A stretch of 63,897 nucleotides of DNA, filler included, from Lenisia limosa (taxonomy: Eukaryota; Protista; Breviatea), in the NCBI GenBank assembly GCA_001655205.1. It is 9 parts of 9 records of this genome, joined end to end, with 100 filler letters (N's around TTAATTAATTAA, not from the genome) between each part and the next. Parts side by side here need not be neighbours in the genome. Positions count along the whole stretch, not along the records: positions 50,570 to 59,721 come from LPNZ01002673.1; positions 59,822 to 62,615 come from LPNZ01002281.1; positions 62,716 to 63,897 come from LPNZ01011426.1; 6 more parts are not named here. One strand, given 5' to 3'. A model generated the notes under the pieces. It was not told the origin of the DNA. It saw only the letters and a program-made list of their open reading frames with translations, and did not search any database. Made by a program: the position numbers and the translations under genes. Of this stretch, positions 59,500-63,897 are shown in pieces (position 1 is the first letter of the stretch; every line of letters begins with the position of its first letter).

Positions 59500-60437
59500 T
59501 TTATCAAAGTAACAGGGAAAGTAGGCTCTACTTGGCTGTCTATATACTGCTAAATTAAGAGTTATAGAGATTAAAACTCTTGATAGCTCACAAAACACGC
59601 CTTTTTTCGGGATTTTTTCTTCAAAAATAAAGGGAGATCATCACGATCATTTATCACAAAAATCCGGGTCAGCTCGCCACGGGGTGGTGCCCTAAGGGTA
59701 AAATACTATACAATTATGGTCNNNNNNNNNNNNNNNNNNNNNNNNNNNNNNNNNNNNNNNNNNNNTTAATTAATTAANNNNNNNNNNNNNNNNNNNNNNN
59801 NNNNNNNNNNNNNNNNNNNNNATTTTCCCAGCAAAAAACTTTTTCCAGAAAATTCACTGTATTTTTCCAGGAAAACCACTGAAAAAGTAAAAAAAAATCC
59901 GATTCAAGTCTTTTCCAATCGAAATACCTCTCGTTTTTTTGCTCGTGGTTGTCTTCTTTTGTTCCTCGGAGTTTTCTGAGGAAAACACTCATTGCTTAAG
60001 AAATGAAGCAATTTTTTTGACGCCTGCCTCCATTTTTTCAACTGAGGCCGTAAACTTGTGTTTTCCGGCCAGAAATCTCAAGTAAAAAAAAAAGCAGAAA
60101 ACCACTCCCAGGAAAAAAAACTCGGGTTTTTCTTGTTAATACTTCATTTGGAAATGACCTTGGTACTGTTAACTGCTATTTCTTCAATATATCATATATT
60201 CAATGTATATGATATAATTATCATTAATTGATACATTTACATTCTTGTCCTTAAAAAATGTATTTCATTGATATATATTTGTATTTTACCGGTCTTTTTC
60301 GGACCTGAGTGAAGCCTTTGTTGGTGTCATATATTGTTGACTGGGATAATAAAATTTTTGTTGTATCATACTTATTATGACAAAATCGTTAGCAATATCA
60401 AGTAATATTGAAAAAAAAAAAAGAAAAAAAGGGCCGA

Positions 60438-60488
60438 TGTTCACGGCCAGGTTATGTTCACGGTCAGGTTAGTGTTCACGGTCAGGTG
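60438..60488. repeat. 17-18 bp tandem repeat, three units
   Basis: tgttcacgg(c/t)caggtt. Confidence 0.8.
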
Positions 60489-60649
60489 ACGTACCTTATA
60501 TATAGTATATCATATATATAGCTAATATATAGTATACTAATTATGATATTATACCTGTATTAGTATTAGTATTGTATCTGATATTGTACATATTTATTGA
60601 TTGAAAAGTAGTAATTTTGAACTCCTTGCTTCCACACTCTGACTTTCAG

Positions 60650-62517
60650 GTCTCCAAGAAGGAAGTCTAGATCCCCTACCAAAATAAAGTCCAAATCCCC
60701 TCAAAGGTTGGATTGATCGTACTTTTCTTGAGGTGTTCTCCTTCAAGAGTTTATACTTCAGATCCGGTCCAGACCCGGCAGTTGGGGAACTTAAGGAAGA
60801 GCTTGCTAAGTTCAAGTTTGGAGGGTTGTGGTGTCAGCATTGGATGTTGGTATCAATGGTATGACGACTTCAGGAAGGAGTTGATTGAACAAACAAAAGA
60901 AGTGGTCAACACTGTGGTACAGCAACAGAAGACAGTGCAAAACGCCTTGCAGACAGTTAATACCGGTATGTTGGTTGTAAACATCCAACCTTCAATTATT
61001 TCAGTCTCTCTAACCGAACAGAGGTGATGACTGCTGCAGCTGAACCCCCTGCAACCGCTAAAACTATGACTAGAGAACAAGAATTGTAGGGGGAGGGGGT
61101 AGATAAATATGTCTATACCCCATGTTGGAGGCACGCCGAAAGCTGTGTACACAGAGTTGTAAGGCAAAATTGGGTGAGTTAATATTATACGTGGACAGCT
61201 TCGGCCAGATACTACCTTATTTTTTTAATTTTCTCATTGCTATATATATGATATATTATACCCCAAGGATGTAACACTGTAGACAAGAACACCGTTTCCA
61301 AAACATCAAGGCTGGAAGGAGACAGATCCGATATGACTGTTTGCAGCTGTTCTTCTTGTGTTTATCATGGTTTCTCGAACAAAATTATTCATCTTTCAGC
61401 CCCCCACCCCAATATCCCTTCCGCTGCCCCGCGGTCCGATTTAGATAGACGACAACAGAACGTTTTAGAGGTCAGCCGGGAACCCATGTGGTCAATCTGT
61501 TCCTGGTTTGGACAGTTAATGTCGTCGGGCCCACTATACTGAAGATTTGGTTTATCTCTTGGCAGTATCAGAAACGTGAGCTGAAGAAACTACAAGAAGG
61601 TCGTCACGGACGCCATCATAAACGCAAACACCGTCAAGGTCTGAGGGTGGTTCATGCTTTACATCCTGAAATACGCAGTAGTTGAGTGAGTGAACGTCCT
61701 CTTATTATCCCTCCAAACAGCCTTGGACATGGCTCGCTCCGCTGCAGTAAACTCGTCAATGGAAAAGTCAGCAGTGAGGCGAAGAGACGACCCTCTCGGA
61801 CAAAGCCTGAAGGTTGGCAACCGAGGTCATATGAGACTTCTATTAACTTTTTTTTTTACAATTTAGGGAGACACACAATGGGTCTACCCTGATGGTCGTA
61901 TGGTGCAACATGATGATGACGCAAGCACTGTATATTGTAAGCGGGGTGGACAAATAAGGACGGGTCCGAGCCGCATTGCTTGGGCAATGTTTTGTTTGAT
62001 GTTCTCTTCGATTCGCGCTGACCCTACAGCAATGGCGAGTACGGATAATGAGTCCGTTGCTGAGAGCCGGACCAGTACTGCCATGTCGCGGGTCCGTCGT
62101 AACCCTCTCGGCACGAAAGACAGACGACCAGTATCGAGAGCATCATCAATGGCCGCGTCGGTGTTGACTATCGGAATTGATAACTATGCTGCCAAAACTC
62201 AGGTATTAGGATTGTGATTATAGCATTTTTTTAATCGACGTAATTGACGATATCGGCTTTTGTAACACCAGCCCATATCTGGAACGGATGCTCTCATCGC
62301 TTTTGTCTCTTCCGAATAACGGGTTTTAATCAATATTCTAATAGAATATTAGATGTAATGGGAAAATCCATCTATTTGGTGACCCCTCACTATACAGGCT
62401 CGATTATCGAAGCTCAAGAACATGGGAGACGAGACTGCTGCAGTTGGCGATGATGATAAGTTCGACCGACTTGTTCGAGAGTACACCGGCATGACCATCA
62501 ACACTGATAAGAAACAG
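60650..62517 (+). CDS. Hypothetical protein, partial
   Basis: Exons ...VGELKEELAKFKFG, YDDFRKELIEQTKEVVNTVVQQQKTVQNALQTVN, AMASTDNESV...IGIDNYAAKTQ, ARLSKLKNMG...FDRLVREYTGMTINTDKKQ with GT-AG ends. Confidence 0.55.
61120..61250. mobile_element. Family C remnant
   Basis: gaggcacgccgaaagctgtgtacacagagttgtaaggca...cttcggccagatac...ctcattgctata. Confidence 0.7.
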
Positions 62518-62744
62518 GTGAGACTGGCTGTGTTGTCTTTTTGTCTATTTAGGCTGTATGGTTTCACCTACTTCTCAAGATTCTGTTAGTCGCTTTCTAT
62601 TCGTAAAAAGGTAAANNNNNNNNNNNNNNNNNNNNNNNNNNNNNNNNNNNNNNNNNNNNTTAATTAATTAANNNNNNNNNNNNNNNNNNNNNNNNNNNNN
62701 NNNNNNNNNNNNNNNAAAACGAAGGAAATTTATGAAACAAAAAT

Positions 62745-63490
62745 GACCCAAGAGATAGGGTGTAACAAATGTATGATTGGAGGATCTGGGGGAGAAAAAG
62801 CTAAGGGGGCAACCACAGCTCTTAAGCTCAAAAGAACCATTATTATGAGTGCTCCATGAGCGTTTGTTAGAGCATAATCAGCCCATGAGAGAGGGAGGTA
62901 AAGATGGGGAAATGCATGAAACAAAAAAAGCCCCAAAACAAATCTATTGGCTATATATCCAAGGATTCGTAAGACCCACTTCAACGGAATTGGTAAAGCC
63001 CCACAAAAGACTGAATTTCTCGATAAATCCTCGAAAACTATCGTATTTCCCCGGTTTTTTTCGAACCGAAGTGAAGCCCAACCCTCATACCTTTGATTTC
63101 TTCGGTATTTTAGGCAGGGAAGGAGGCGCGTCGGATGTTCCATCAACTCGAGGCCTACATTGTCATGTTGAAGTAAGATACTATTATTTTCAGAGTTAAG
63201 AAAGAATTAGGGTGACCAACGTTTTTGGCTTTGGGGTGGTTGGAAGTGCGAGGGGAGCATAGGGGTCTGGAGAGTGTGAAACCATCAAAAAATAAATATA
63301 AGGAACCTTGAAAAGTACACAAATAAGAGCATAAAACTCGTATTCAAACTACCACATATATCAAAGGGTACGACAAATAAAACGTCCCTTCATTTTCCTA
63401 CTAAAGTCCAGAGGGGTGCGATCGGGGTAGAGGAAGGAAAAGACAGTGAGCATCTGGGTATCCAAAGCTTCTCGAAGTTTTGGGTGCTGA
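62745..63490 (-). CDS. Hypothetical protein fragment
   Basis: Exon-like blocks HPKLREALDTQMLTVFSFLYPDRTPLDF, DPYAPLALPTTPKPK, PRVDGTSDAPPSLPKIPKKSK (donor GTATG). Confidence 0.4.
62995..63080. mobile_element. MITE-like family A
   Basis: aaaagactgaatttctcgataaatcctcgaaaactatcg...ttcgaaccgaagtgaagccc. Confidence 0.7.
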
Positions 63491-63508
63491 TTTAGTGAAG
63501 GTTGTTAT

Positions 63509-63608
63509 TAGGGCTTCCCTATGGTCCCAAAAAAGACCGAATTTCTCGATAAATCCTCGATAAATATCGATATTTTACCGGTCTATTTTGGACGTAGGGA
63601 AGCCTCTA
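63509..63608. mobile_element. MITE-like family A
   Basis: TA-GGGCTTCCCTATGGTCCC...GGACGTAGGGAAGCC. Further partial copies at about 49740, 49865, 58390 and 60275. Confidence 0.8.
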
Positions 63609-63897
63609 GTTGTAATTGTTTTGGGGTTCTTATACCCCTTGATCATTTCTCTTATGACACACACACATAATGATATATATATATAGTATATGCGTCAGTT
63701 CAAAATTCCGGTTTTTTTGCAAGATCCGGTTTTTTTTTTCTTTTTCTTTTTTTCTTCTTTTTAAGGTTTTTTTTCTTCTTCTATTTCTCATTTTGTTAAT
63801 TCTTTGTAGCTCAAATGTCAAATTTTCAGCATTATATATAGCAAACCCAATCAAATTTCACTTGAAACAACCCCAACCCCAACCTCAAGATTATAAT

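Noticed and set aside
1567-59992. Supplied ORFs that run through X stretches
   Set aside because: Their length comes from N gaps, not from coding signal.
28440-62671. Recurring TTAATTAATTAA palindrome as a biological motif
   Set aside because: Always centred in N44/N44, so it is an artificial six-frame stop linker. Gene neighbourhoods across these points, such as KNTC1 next to CFAP43, are meaningless.
1-63897. Non-standard (ciliate-like or hexamitid-like) genetic code
   Set aside because: Well-supported genes end in TAA (GCSH) and TAG (hydrogenase, ARL3, saposin), and their conserved exons contain no in-frame stops.

Overview
Intron-rich eukaryotic draft-genome sequence from an anaerobic or microaerophilic flagellated protist. 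It uses the standard genetic code (TAA, TAG and TGA all end genes). The window is not one locus: eight artificial N44-TTAATTAATTAA-N44 linkers join nine scaffolds, so adjacency is only meaningful within a scaffold. The supplied ORF track is mostly uninformative because genes are split into many small exons. All gene models below were spliced by hand, so boundaries are approximate and protein families were recognised from memory, not from a search. Recognisable genes are: a complete 19-exon [FeFe]-hydrogenase (CpI-like M3 architecture) with a mitochondrial-type presequence, head-to-head and 195 bp from a presequence-bearing glycine cleavage H protein (GCSH); ARL3; the 5' half of CFAP43; most of a KNTC1/ROD gene with an intronic tRNA-Glu(CTC) and a TP-rich insertion; a STAR-type KH protein; a REJ-domain ectodomain gene; a multi-pass membrane domain gene; a two-domain saposin-like protein; an ankyrin protein; and several orphans. 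Introns carry at least four families of small inverted-repeat elements with TA flanks. A fifth repeat was found only in the host sense orientation and usually ends at the 3' splice site. The top leads are the GCSH-hydrogenase divergent pair and this acceptor-anchored intron repeat.
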